From: Phaeosaccion multiseriatum
Taxonomy: Eukaryota; Protista; Ochrophyta, other classes
Direction of reading: 5' to 3'
Length of the DNA stretch: 64,000 nt
NCBI GenBank assembly: GCA_965112735.1
Contig: OZ218956.1
Location: 2,480,001 to 2,544,000 of the forward strand
Both the position numbers and the translations under genes were made by a program. Of this stretch, positions 37,084 through 55,700 are shown piece after piece. The notes below the pieces were generated by a model that saw only the letters and a program-made list of their open reading frames with translations, ran no database searches and was not told the DNA's origin. Position 1 is the first letter of the stretch. The number at the start of each line of letters is the position of its first letter.

Positions 37084-37545
37084 CTATCGACAGGGGCGAT
37101 GTGGCCCTATCCCACAAGCAGTAATCGCAGCATTGTACGCGACTTCACCCGGCAGGGGGCCTTCCTCTCCCATCTCCTGCAGTACTTTGAGCGCCTCCTC
37201 GTACTGCCCTGCCTTGCCGCAAGCCACAATTGCAGAGTTGCACGCGCTGACATCGGGCTGGAGGCCTTGCTCTCGCATCTCCTTGAGCAAGTCAAGCTCC
37301 TTCAGGTCCTGTCCAGATCCCCGTCCCCGTGGCTTTCCTCCCTTGTTGCCCGTGGCTCCGAGGAGGCGGAGCGAGGGAATCGCCAATCGCTGCTCTCTTG
37401 CTTCTGGAGGAAGGCTGGGAGCGGACATCCATCTTCCCAAAGAGGGTGTGACAGCAGCAGCAGGAGCACCTCCTCCACCAGTAGCGTGAGGGCCCACCGC
37501 TGGGGAAATGAAGCCCATCAAGTTGCTGCCGGTGCTGCCCTTCAT
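37084..37545 (-). pseudogene. Truncated duplicate of the PPR gene 5' end (153 aa)
   Basis: Identical N-terminus through AAITACG, then novel IGPHRPCR-stop across the junction. Confidence 0.85.
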
Positions 37546-37633
37546 CTTTTTTTTTTGAGCACCTTCCTACTACCTCTCATCTAAGCCCGTTGGTACTTCT
37601 GTCAACTCACAGCTCCCCCCTCCACTTTTTGCC

Positions 37634-40446
37634 ATGGCGGACTTTGCTACCTCTACACAGTACAAGCACTGGATGTTCAGGAGGGAAACTCTAGGTAGGA
37701 GAAAGTTGTTTGCAGGAGAGCGGCGGGAGTTGGGAGCGGAGGCAAGGGCGGGAGAGAAAGAGTTTCTCTGGAAGGACAGGTATATCTCCCTTTAGGCCCT
37801 CTTACATAACCCGCCCTGTCCTCTCCTCTCCCTCGTGCACCCCTCTCCTTTGCGATCAATGGGTTAAACATAACATGTCAACAGAGGGCATTGTGAGAGA
37901 CGCAAATGAGATGGGCGGGAAGAGTACGATAGGTGAGGGGGGATTCAAGTCGTAGTAGAAAGCGAGGGAATGAGCTCCATCCCCACCGGGTAATTATGGT
38001 GCTTATTTCCGTATTTGTTTTCTAAGCGTCGTCTTCTCCGCATCACTCACTCCCCATCCCCTCAGCCACTGCTCGCAGCTTCGCTTACGAACGAGCGGAC
38101 TTTGCTAGCGACAAGGCATGGACGAAGCCTGAGCAAGAGCCACAAAGGGCAGTAGAAGCAGGAGCAATAGAAGCAAAAGAAGCAGGAGTGGTTGGAGGAG
38201 GGCCAGATGGCAACGCAAACACAACAATAGCAGTAACAGTAGAGGACAAGAAGGAGTGTCTCAGTGAGGGGGAGGAGGAGGAGATGAAGCGCTTCTACCT
38301 CACACGCATCTCTGAGACGTGTGGCAGAGACTCTGAGCACGACAAGCTCAAGCGTCACGACGGCATCCAAGCCACGGCAAAGGTCTACTTTCGAAGGTTC
38401 TACCTGAGCAACAGCGTTGTTGACTTCGATCCAAAGGTGGTCATGCTTACGTGCATCTTCCTCGCATCCAAGGTCAGCACGACGGAGGAGGGAGGGAGGA
38501 AGGAGTGGAGGGGAATGGAGAGAGGGGAATGGAGAGAGAGGGGGAGAGAGAGATACGTCGAGGGTGGCGGAGGGGGGAGGGAGAGAAAAGAGAGGGAGAG
38601 AAGAAGGAACGAGAGGGACAGAGAGAGGAAAGAGGGGAATAAGAGGAAGAGAGAGAGGAAAGGGGGAGAGAGGGGAGAAATATTGATGGGGGGAGGGAAG
38701 AACGAAACGAAAGAGGTAGAGAGGAATGAAAGAGAAGGGGGGGGGAGAGAGAGAGACAGAGAGAGAGGAAAGAGGGAGTGTTCTATCGACAGGGGCGATG
38801 TGGCCCTATCCCCTACGCTCCCGCCCTCTTCCTGTACTCCTCCTCTCTCTTACCATCCACCAACACCCCCCATCCTCTGGCATCCTCTGCCCACTCAGGT
38901 GGAGAACAGCATAGTGAAGGTTGAGGACCTTTGCGCAGCCACGAAGGTCGGGGAGGTGCCCGTCTTGAGGCACGAGATCCCCTTGCTGGGGGCCCTCCAC
39001 TCCCACATACACGTCTTTCACCCTTACAGGTGAGAGGGTTGGTTCTTCAATTAGGCGCAGGCAGAGGTGACACCTCCACGCCCCGTGTCTCGGTCTTTCA
39101 TCCTGACACTCCTTACTCCCTACCTCCCGTGCTGCGGTGTTCTGCTCTCTTGTACTCCCTCCCATCCAGGCCGTTTCACGGCTTCTTGGAAGAGTGTCGA
39201 GAGCAGCTGGAGGTGCACAGGAAAGTCAAGGTTCCTCAGGTGGGTAGAGATCGGACGGGAAGGTTGAGTTTCAGTTTGATAGGAACTTTCCCCATGGTCG
39301 ATACAGATATCGATCCCATTTATAGTGTCCCATATTGCATTGAAATGTGGAGTACGGGAAGGGCTGGGGGCCGTAGTAGAGAGAGGCTTTCACCACGGGC
39401 GTATCAAGCCCGTTTTGCAGCAGTCAGTCGCTCAGTCACTCAGTCACTTCCTCAACTCGCACACTCTCACTTACCCACTGGCCCACGCACTCGCACACGC
39501 ACTCACTCACGCCTCATTCACTCACTAACTCACTCACTCACGCGATGACGCACCCGCTCACACACGCATTCACTAACTCACTCACGCACTCACGCGATGA
39601 CGCACTAACTTGCTCGCTTTCCCCTTCCCTCTCTCTCCCTCCCGTGGTAGCGCGTAATGAGTGACACCTTCAACGCGGGGCTTGCTCTCGTGGATCTCTG
39701 TCTCGACAGTCTCCTCCCCTTCCTCCATCCTCCGGCCCTCATCGCTCTCGCCGTTCTGCAGATAGTGGCCCAGAAGGGGAATAGAGGAGGAGGAGGAGGA
39801 GGAGGAGGAGGAGGAGGAGGAGAAGAAGAGAAGAGTAGAAACAGCGGCGACGTTGTTATTGAGAGCGGCCCTGGAGCTGGAGCGGGGGTGGGGGTGGGGA
39901 ATGGGGAGGATCAACAAGACCAAGACATGGATGTAGAGTGGTTCATCGATGCGTTTTGCTGCTCGCCCTCCTCTCTCCCAGGCACGGACAAGGGACAGGA
40001 ACAGCGACAAGGACAGGGGCAGACCGATGGGACCGAGATGGAGGTCGAGAGAGGGGGGCGCGGGAAGGAGGAGGGGATGGCAGTGAAAGGAAAGAAGGCT
40101 CGATGGGGGAAGGACCGCTTAGCCCCCCCTCAGGTGAAACTCAGGGCACGGCTTGGCGCTGTCAGAGGTACGTTCGAAACGAAGCGATGAATCGATTGAT
40201 TGGTTCGGTTGGTTGGTTGGTTGGTTGGTTGGTTGGTTGGTTGGTTGGTAGGTTGATTTGATTTGATTGGTTGATTGGTTGGTTGGTTGGTTGATTGATG
40301 GAGTGATTGATTGATTGACAACCAAGCTGTGGGAGTTGGTTGGGTTGGGTCGGGTTGGGTCGGTGGGTGCGGCACAAGAGAGTACATCGGATTACGCCTG
40401 ATGTGTGGAGTCACACTTGTACTGTATTGTAAATCGATGTGATATA

Positions 40447-40527
<81 letters not shown>

Positions 40528-41185
40528 CGTGTGCAGGGGAGATCGAGGCGCTGCGCAGTGCTGCCCAAGCAGACGCGAAAGACCCCAAAGCAAGGCTGAA
40601 GCGCCTCAAGCTCATCAACAAGAAACTCAAGGTAAGGTGGGGGGGTGAGCAGGCGTTTCAGTTGCCGTTTTATTTGACTTTTCCCATTACGATTGCCAAT
40701 CAAGGGAGCGAATCCCACTCCATCACTCACTCACGCACTGCTCACTTGATCTTTGGGTGCTCGGTTGACGAATGACGCGAATGAATGCACCGCCGCTCCT
40801 GCTGCGGCCAACACAGGCGTGTGCACTGTGGAGTCCCAAGGATGGAGAGGAGGGAAAGCAGGACAAGAAGAAGAAGCAGAAGAAGACGAAGAAGAAGCAG
40901 CAAGAGGGGCGGATGGATGCTTCCGGGTCTGCAGGAGGTGGGGGGGAGGATGCTCATGTTGCTGTTGTTGTATCACCAACTGCTGGTTCCACGAAGCGTA
41001 AGCGAGCGGATGAGGAACCCGCCGAGGATGGGGGCAAAGATCATGACAATAGATATAGCAAAAGCAACACCACCACCACCACCACCAGCAGCAGCAGCAG
41101 CAGCGCTGTCCTTGGCGAGGCTGGGGAGGAAGCAGCGGCCAGGAGCCAAGGGGAAGAAAGCGACAAGAAGAAGACCAGGATATGA
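37634..41185 (+). CDS. CCNH: Cyclin H (CDK7/CAK cyclin), about 7 exons
   Basis: MADFATSTQYKHWMF, LSEGEEEEMKRFY, ATAKVYFRRFYLSNSVVDFDPKVVMLTCIFLASK|VEN, HEIPLLGALHSHIHVFHPYR|PFHGF, DSLLPFLHPPALIALA. Basic low-complexity tail. Confidence 0.92.
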
Positions 41186-41727
41186 AGCGAAGCGAAAGAA
41201 GGGAGGGATAGAGAGAAGAGACGCCGACGACGACGACGGCGTGGTGACTTGTACATAATTGTGAAGTAGTGAGTGTTGGCCTTCGACTTTGAATGGATAC
41301 AACCCTACATTTCACTTGATTGAAGCCTTACTTTCCTGTACAATGTGGGTTTTTATTTACTTCGGTGAGGCGTCATATGTTTGTTCGTGTAGCCCCTAAA
41401 AGCATGTAGATGCATGGTATAGAGTCGCAACAGAGAGAGAGAGGGGGGGGGGGGAGAGAAACAACCACCGCACTACGACCTTAGTGAAGCCAAGTTGTAG
41501 GTGCGGATTGTCCTCCAGGCGCTCTTCCACTCTCCACCACCCCCTTCCCCTCCCTAGATAGAGAGGGAAAGGGAGAGACATGGACAGAGAGAGGGAAAGA
41601 GAGAGATGGAGGAGGAGGAGGAGGAGGAGGAGGAGGAGGAGGAGGGAGGGAAAGAGAGAGAGAGAGAGAGAGAGGAAGAGAGAACGAGAGAGGGAGAGAG
41701 AGGGTGAGAGCCCCAAGTCAAGGGAAG

Positions 41728-47595
<5,868 letters not shown>

Positions 47596-48173
47596 GAGCC
47601 CTCTTCTTTTAAGGGAAGTTGGGCACCGACTACTATTTTCCTTCCACAGGCCGTCATCTGGACGTCATCTCGATTTGGCAACATACCCCATTTGACCATC
47701 AGTAAAGCAAGAGAGAAAAGGTGGTATCAAGAGGAGAAGGGCGAGGACAGGAGAGAAATGAAGAGAATTAGGCGCTGGGCGCGAAGAAATGGCGTTTCTT
47801 TGCCCAATTGTGATCCGTGGAGCACCAACTCAACGCATGAGTACTTTTTCTTTTTATTTTTTGGCAACCACGAATATGCCGGAATATGCACGCTTCGAAT
47901 TGGCATGTTGGAGCACTTGCTGAGTTCATTTCGAGTTCGGGAGGGCATGTCTGGATACCCGAAGGCTCTTCACCCCATTTCTTCCTCCCTCCCAATTGCC
48001 CCAAGTAGCCCACAAGGTCAAACTGGAAACGGAAAAAAAAGGTTGAAAAGTAGTTATCGAACCCAATCCTCTCTCGGAGGGAAAGTTACGTCTCGAGCAA
48101 GAGTTTCACAGATTTGGGAAAGAGAGGAGGTGGAGAACTGCGCAGCAAGCAGAGGAGGAGCTTTGCAGGAAAG

Positions 48174-51100
48174 ATGATTCCAAGACTTGCGCGGCGGCAG
48201 CAGCAACAGGCGTGCCTCGCTTTGGTGAGTGATATCAATCAAGGAAGAGAGGGGAGGGGAGGGGAGGGGAGGGAGGGATGGGAGGGGAGGGGAGGGGAGG
48301 TCAAGGAAAGCAGGGTTTTGTCTGGAGGGAAGGAGAGGGAGGAATGCCATTCTCGTTGGGGTACAGCAGTTGAGGGTGCGAATGGGTGGTGGCGGGAGGA
48401 GTGATGAGATGCTGTCAAAATAATAAGACAGCGAACATTGGAGCAGGCTTGACTTTCCTTGTCTTCCCAGCTGGCGTCTGGGCTCCGGTGTGGTGCGAAT
48501 GACATTCAGTGCTGGTGCAATTACGGTCGTTCAGCTGTGTATGCCGGGATGGTGGTAGGGGTGATGAGGGGGGAGGGGATGAGAGCGAAGAAAGCTAGGG
48601 GGGTGGAGAGGCGGAGGCTGCGAATGGTGACGAAAAGTGCCAAAAGGGGTGGGCCGCGAGGTGGATGGCTGTGGCAAAGAGGAGAAGACACGAAATGTGC
48701 ATGGCAAGAACCCCTGGCGTGTTGCGTCGCCCTTTAGGAATAACGGCGGTGCTACTACGGTTGTGTCTCGTGCTTGCAATGGCTTGTGCTCACGCGAGCT
48801 CCTCTCCTCTCCTTTGCGTCTCCCCAGGGACGGCGTGCCACCTCTGCGCAGCAGCAGCACCTCTCAGCAGCCGCGACGATCACATGCTCGCACAGCCCTG
48901 CCGCGGTCTCAGGCAGCGTCAGCTCGCCACTCCAACGGCTTCAGCAGCAGCAGCGATTAGTAGGACAACAAAGACAGCAGCAGCGGACTTTCACCTTGCT
49001 TAGATACACCCGACCCTCCTTGTCTGATATCCGATCGTCATTATGTCCGCCTGCTCGCGCCTTCTCGGCGGTTGTGGTCCCTGTGCCTTCTATGGGGGAC
49101 AGCATCTCAGAAGGTGAGGGAGGGAGGGAGGGAGGGAGGGGGAGTAGTGCAGCTCTCAGCTCTCAGCCACCTTCGTTCCGTCCTTGGGTATTTCTGCATT
49201 GCCATTCGTTGAATGTATAATAACGATGTTCCTCCCTTTATTCTCGTTTTTATTCCGTGTCTCTGTCTTGCCGCTGTCTCACCTCTCCTCTCTGTCTCTC
49301 TCTCCCTCCCCCCCCCCCCTCCCCTCTCTCTCGGCTGCAGGCACTGTCGTGTCCTTTGAAAAGGCCGTGGGAGATGTGGTGAGCGAGGACGATGTCCTTA
49401 TCGTGCTGGAGACTGATAAGGTTCGTCAAAGGGAGGGAGGGAGTTAGTGAGTGAGGGAGTGAGCATGGGGAGTGTGTGTGAGTGAGTGAGTGAGTGAGTG
49501 AGCATGGGGAGTGTGTGTGTGTGTGTGAGTGAGTGAGTGAGTGCGTGCGTGCGTGGATGAGTGGGTGGCTGCGTGGTATCGTCAGTTAAGTAGGTAACAG
49601 GGTGAATGAGCTCTAACGCTCTACCGATACCGATGTATCGTATATCGACACACACGCACACACACGCTCCTCTCCTCCCTCAGGTGAGCATCGACGTGCG
49701 AGCCCCTTCCTCTGGCGAGGTGAAGGAGTTCAGCGTAGGGGAGGGAGACGTGGTGGAGGTAGGCGCGCAGCTTTGCATTCTGGACACAGCCGTGGAGGCG
49801 CCAGCAGCAGCAGCAGCAGGAGGAGGAGGAGGAGGAGGAGGGGGGGGGTGCAGCAAAGGAGGAGGCGACTCCAGCGAAGGAGTCGAAACCGGCACCTCCT
49901 CCTCCTCCCTCTTCTTCTCCTTCGACACCCGCCCCTGCGGCCCCCAAGACGTCTCCTTCTTCGACGCCGGCCCCCAAGGAAGGGCAGAAGGTGGCCTTGC
50001 CGCCCATCGAGCCGTCTGCAAGTGGTGAAAGAACAGAGTCCAGAGGTGAGGGCGAGGAGGTGGCAGGGGCACGGAGGGGGCGGGGAGTATGGAGAGAAGA
50101 GTGGGAGGTGATAGGTGGTGAGTATTGATGGATGATTGATCATACTCACTCACTCACTCACTCACTCACTCGGTCGCTTACCCACTCACTCACTCACTTA
50201 CTCACTCGCTTACCCACTCACATTTTCACTCCCTCCCCCCTCCCTTCCCGCAGTTAAAATGACCCGTATGCGTCAGCGTATTGCGGAGCGCCTGAAGGAG
50301 GCCCAGAACACAACCGCGATGCTCACCACTTTCCAAGAGTGCGATATGAGCGCTCTCATGAATCTACGCAAGGCCTATAAGGAGGTAAGTGGCAGGTGGA
50401 AGGGGTGTGGAGAATGGAGGGTGGCAGCGGATAGATGGGGAGGATGGCAGTGGATGGGGGGGGGGGGAGGCGGATGGTAGTGGATGGGCATGGGCTTTGA
50501 TGGGGCAGGCAGGTAGGCCCTCTGTGCGCCTCTGAAAGGCCTCTGTAGGCCTCTGTAGCTCCATCGATTGTCGATCATATAGGAAAGGCGTATCGTGGTG
50601 GCTGTATATTGTGTGTCTGTGTCGACCCCCCCACCTGCTTGGCTCGCCTCACCTCACTCCTCTCCTTCCCTCCCCTCTTCCCCCCTCTCCTCTCCTCTCC
50701 TCAGGAGTTCGAGAAGAAGCACGGCGTCAAGCTCGGCTTCATGAGCGCCTTCGTAAGGGCGTCCGCAGAAGCGCTCACTGAGCTTCCCTCCGTCAATGCG
50801 TGTGAGTACAGTACTGAGTCTGTCAGCCAGTCAGTCAGTCAGTCAGTCAGTCAGTCAGTGACGCCCTCCCGAGCCCCTTCTCCTCCTTTGTATTGCCTTC
50901 CCTCCCCTCCCCTCCCCTGCCCTGCCCTGCCTTCCCCTTTTACCCTTCCCTTCCCTGCCTGCCCTACCCTTATCTTCCCGTCCAGCTGGTCCCATGAACT
51001 CATACTCATACTCATACCCCCCTCCCTCCTCCCTCTCCTGTCCTCTCCTCTTTACAGATATCGACGACGCGAAGAAGGAGATTGTGTACCGCAACTTCGT

Positions 51101-52170
51101 TGACATCAGCGTGGCGGTGTCCAGCCCCAACGGACTCGTGGTGCCTGTTCTGAGAAACGTTGAAGGTGAGAGGGGTGGGGAGGAAAGAGGGGGAAGGGAA
51201 GGGAAGAGAGGAAAGGGTGGGGAGGGGAGGGGAAAGGAAAAAGAGGGAAGAGGAGAGCGGGAGGGGGGGAAGGAGGGGCAGGCAGGGAAGGAGGGAGGGA
51301 GGAAGAGAGGAGAGGAGAGGAGAGGGGAGAGAGGGAAGGAGAGAGAGAGGGAGGAAGAGAGGAGAGGAGAGGGGAGAGAAGGGAAGGAGAGAGAGAGAGA
51401 GAGAGAGGGAGGGAGGAAGAGAGGAGAGGGAGAGAGGGAAGGAGGGAGAGAGAGGGAGGGAGCAAGAGAGGAGAGGAGAGGGGAGAGAAGGAGGAGAAAG
51501 CGTCCAGAGGGGGTGCGGGCGTGAGTCCACCGATCCATTTGCATTGACATGGATGTCTTCTCCCCTACGCCCAGCCCCCCCCTCCCCTACCCCCCCATCT
51601 TCTACCCTCCCTCACCCCCCACCTTCTGCCCTCCCTCCCTCCCTCCCTCTGTCCCTCCCTTCCCGCCTTCTCCCCCACAAGATATGTCTTTCGCTGACGT
51701 GGAGAAGGAGATCGGGCGGTTCGGTGGACTCGCCAAGGCTGGACAGCTTGCCTTGGAGGATATGGTGGGGGGCACCTTCACCATTAGCAATGGTGGCGTG
51801 TTTGGCTCGCTCATGGGCACACCCATCATCAACCCTCCACAGAGTGCCATCTTAGGTGAGTGGTGGAAGATGGAGGGGAGGGAGAGAGGGAGAGAGAGGG
51901 AGGAGACGACGGTCAGCTCAGCCACAAATGACTCCTCCTTAATATGCTCCATCCATTGCCATCCTTGTGCCCTCCCCCCCCCCCCCCGCAGGCATGCACG
52001 GCACCAAGATGCGAGCAGTGGTGGTGGACGGTCAGGTGGTGGCTCGGCCTATGATGTACCTGGCACTGACTTACGACCATCGCCTCGTGGACGGCAGGGA
52101 GGCAGTGACCTTTCTCAAGAGCATTGCTATGAAGATTGAGGACCCGCAACGGCTCTTACTCAAGCTCTAG
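48174..52170 (+). CDS. DLST: Dihydrolipoamide succinyltransferase (E2 of 2-oxoglutarate dehydrogenase), mitochondrial
   Basis: [11 protein letters not shown]|TVV, lipoyl site LETDK|[107 protein letters not shown]. Frame break at G9 49840-49848. Confidence 0.96.
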
Positions 52171-52715
52171 AAAGAGGCCCTCTTGAGGCAATGCATGGGT
52201 AAAAGGCCATGAATGTATGGTGACTAACTCGAGAAAGGCAAATGAATGAAAGATCGAGGACAATACCCTTCAGCGGCGCGTGCTTTTTGTTGCTCAAGCT
52301 CAAAGGCCTGGCGTAGGGGGGGCTATAAAGGTCGCTCTGAAGGCAATGGGAGATGAAGTGAAGTGTGTGTACAGATAGAGGACCCCACCCTCTTAAGGCA
52401 ATGAATGAAGATGAGGAAGAAGGACCAACGGACTGAGGACCCGCAGCGGCTGCTGCTCAGACGAAAGAGGAGGTGCTCTGCTGGGTTGGGTTGGGTTGGG
52501 TTGGGTTGGGTTGGTTTGGTTTTGATGCACTCATCCATAACTCACCCCGCCTGAGGACCGATTTTTTACGTGTGGCTCATTGCGATTTACTCGGCGGACA
52601 TGCGGAATAATTATACTTGAAAGCCAAACGGTACCATATATCGAGATTTATCAATACCAAAATCGATCATATCGATATCGAAGATCGACATGGACACAGC
52701 ATTGGCGCATCGAAA

Positions 52716-55700
52716 CTAGGAGAAGAGATCGTTCGTGAGCTGTTCGTACAAGGCCGCCTGCGGATTACCACCCGCCCCTTCCTGTTCTTGCCGCTGCCGC
52801 TGCTTGCAGAGCTCAGGGTCGGTGAGCGCCATCTCTGCCAATGCGAGCTTGTGCGTTCCCTCAAAGTGCTGCGCCCAGCGGTTGCTGTAGCTCAGGCACA
52901 GCTTGGACAGGCGCCGAGCGTTTTGACTTGCTTGGCAAGCTTGCCCCACCTGTTTTCATAAGTCAGTAGGTGAGTACGTCCGAGAAAGTGGGAGAAAGTC
53001 AGAGTAGGTCAGCACACACGCGCGCACACACCACACACAGCACACAGCACACACACACACACACAAACACACACACAAATGCGCACACACACCTTGCGGG
53101 ACAGGAGGTACTCCACGGCCATGTTGTGAAACGCCACAGCAACGAGGCAGAGCTTCTGAGGAGAGTTGCCGCCCACATCCAGCCTGAGAGGAGGGAGAGA
53201 GAGAGAGAGAGGAGGAGGAGGAGGAGGAGGAGGAGGGGAGGGGAGGAGAGGAGAGGAGGAGGGAATGAGTGAGTGGGGATCTAAAGCTTTGCTTCGTGCG
53301 TACTGGCTTGATTCTATCGGCATGAATCGCCTTCAACAATCAGAAGACCCCTCCCCCCTCACTCCTTTCCCCTCACCGCTCACCTGCCATCCTCCAGCAA
53401 GGCCATAACCTGCTTCAGACTCTTCATGGACTCCGCGTTCCTCCTGGACTTGGCCAAGATACTCGCCCTATGCAGATGGCACTTGGCCACATGCGACCAA
53501 GCTTCTTGCTTGACATGTATACGCAAGGCCCGCTGTTGGTAGTCCAACGCCGCTGCCACCTTGCTCCTCTTGAGATAGTAGTAGGCAAGGCTGTCGAACA
53601 CAAAGCCCCTAACCTCGGCCGTGTCCGCCCGACTCAGCACGTCTCTCGAAAGGAGGGTTTCCGCCCTCGCCAGGAGCTCCAGCGCGCTCGTCCATTGCTT
53701 GGTGTCCACACAGCGCAATCCGAAGACGTTGGCCGTTACGATCATTTGGCGCCACAGACGTATCACCAACGCGCCCTGTAAGCCCCCACCCTGCTGCTGC
53801 GTTGCTGCGCTCCTCCTGCCCTTGCCATGGCCATTGTTACTGCTGCTGCCCATATGACTGCTGCTGCCACCGCTGGTCGGCTCCTGCTGCTGCGGTTGCT
53901 GTTGCTGCTGTCTCACCAACTGCTCCATGCCCCCCACCGTACTGAGATGTGCGGTCAAGAGCCCCTCCACAATGGCGAGGTATTTGAGGAACTTTCCTTG
54001 CTCCTCAAGAGCCTCCAACATGCGAGACACCCTGTGATGGAGCAGGCAAATGGGCACATTACACATGTTTGGGGGATATAGGCATACCGGCAGACAAATG
54101 GGGCAGGCATATGGGGCAGGCATGTGGGCAGGCATGTCGGCAGGCATGTCGGCCGGCAGGCAGACAGGTGGGCATAGGCAGGCCGGCAGCAGAGGAGAGA
54201 GAGGGGTGAGGTAGGATGTCAGCCAAACTTCCCTCACATTCACGCACGCCCGCACGCACTACGAACGCACGCACGCACCCTCCCTCCCTCCCTCCCTCCC
54301 TCCCTCCGTCCCTCCCTCCCTCCCTCCCTCCCTCCCTCCCTCCCTCCCTCCCTCCCTCCCTCCCTCCCTCCCTCCCTCCCTCCCTCCCTCCCTCCCTCCC
54401 TCCCTCCCTCCCTCCCTCCCTCCCTCCCTCCCTCCCTCCCCTCCCTGCCGCCTGCCTGCCTCCCCTCCCTGCCTGCCTGCCTGCCTGCCTGCCTCCCCTC
54501 ACCTCGGGCCATTGGGTAGGGCCGACCACTCCGCCTGAACTGCCCCTGACCCCGCGAACCATATCTGCGACGGTCTCTTGGGCACCACAATGACTGCAGC
54601 AGGTGGTGATGCATCGTCGCCGCCAGTGCCGCCGCCGCTCGAGCCAGAGGCCTTGACCGTGATGATCGTCGTCTAGGGGGGAGATGAGGAGGTGAGAGCA
54701 GGAGGGATGCGGCAGAGGATGGGGAAAAGGTAAGAGGAGAGTGGGGGGGTATTCATGGCAGTAGACGGGGGGGAGAGAAGAGGGGATGGCGGTGGATCAA
54801 TCACTCTTCCCCTCATCCTCACCCTCATCCTCTCACCACACTCGCACCACACTCACCTTTCCCGCCTTAGAAGCCGGTCTAGTCTTGCGCCCCTGTCTCT
54901 GGCCCTGCCCGCCCACCCCCCCCTGCCCGGGCGACAGGGACGATCGTGAGCTCGAGCGCAGCCGGTGTTGTGCGCCCCCCGCTGCCGCCGTTCGTGCCCT
55001 CCGGCCAGCAGCAACTCCCTCCAGTACCCCGGCCCCTCCTCCTCCTCCTCCTCCTCCTCCTCCTCCTCCTCCTCCTCCTCCTCCTCCTCCTCCTCCTCCT
55101 CCTCCTCCTCCTCCTCCTCCTCCTCCTCCTCCTCCTCCTCCTCCTCCTCCTCCTCCTCCTCCTCCTCCTCCTCCTCCTCCTCCTCCTCCTCCTCCTCCTC
55201 CTCCTCCTCCTCCTCCACCTTCTCCTCCTCCTCCTCCTCCTCCCTCTCCTCCTCCTCCTCCTCCTCCTCCGGCGCGTGTCCAAAGGCGGCGGTTGGCGCA
55301 TGTCGCTGGTGTTCGGCTGTCGCCGGCCGCATCGACCTCACCCTCCGTCACGAACTTGGCGTGTCGCATCTAAGGACAGGAACACAACAGTTGGTGATAC
55401 AGCGGAACAACAACAGTTGGTGATACAGCGGAACAACAACAGTTGGTGATACAGCAACAACCACAACCACAGCAGCAACCACAATGCTCATGACTTTTCT
55501 CCTTGCATCTCTCATCACTCAATTACACACTCACTTACTCACTCACCCCCTCCCCCTATTCCTCCCTCCCTCCCTCCCTCCCTCCCTCCCTCCCTCCCTC
55601 CCTCCCTCCCTCCCTCCCTCCCTCCCTCCCTCCCTCCCTCCCTCCCTCCCTCCCTCCCTCCCTCCCTCCCTCCCTCCCTCCCTCCCTCCCTCCCTCCCTC

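Larger units (their letters stand above)
35411..38808. repeat. Direct tandem duplication, 2 x 1699 bp
   Basis: 35411-37109 repeats as 37110-38808. The ORF track shows identical ORFs offset by 1699 (35978/37677, 36011/37710, 36363/38062, 36489/38188). TCCC microhomology at the junction. Confidence 0.97.

Noticed and set aside
55388-55455. Three 26-bp repeats as a mini-CRISPR
   Set aside because: The sequences between the cores are identical, so it is a simple tandem repeat.
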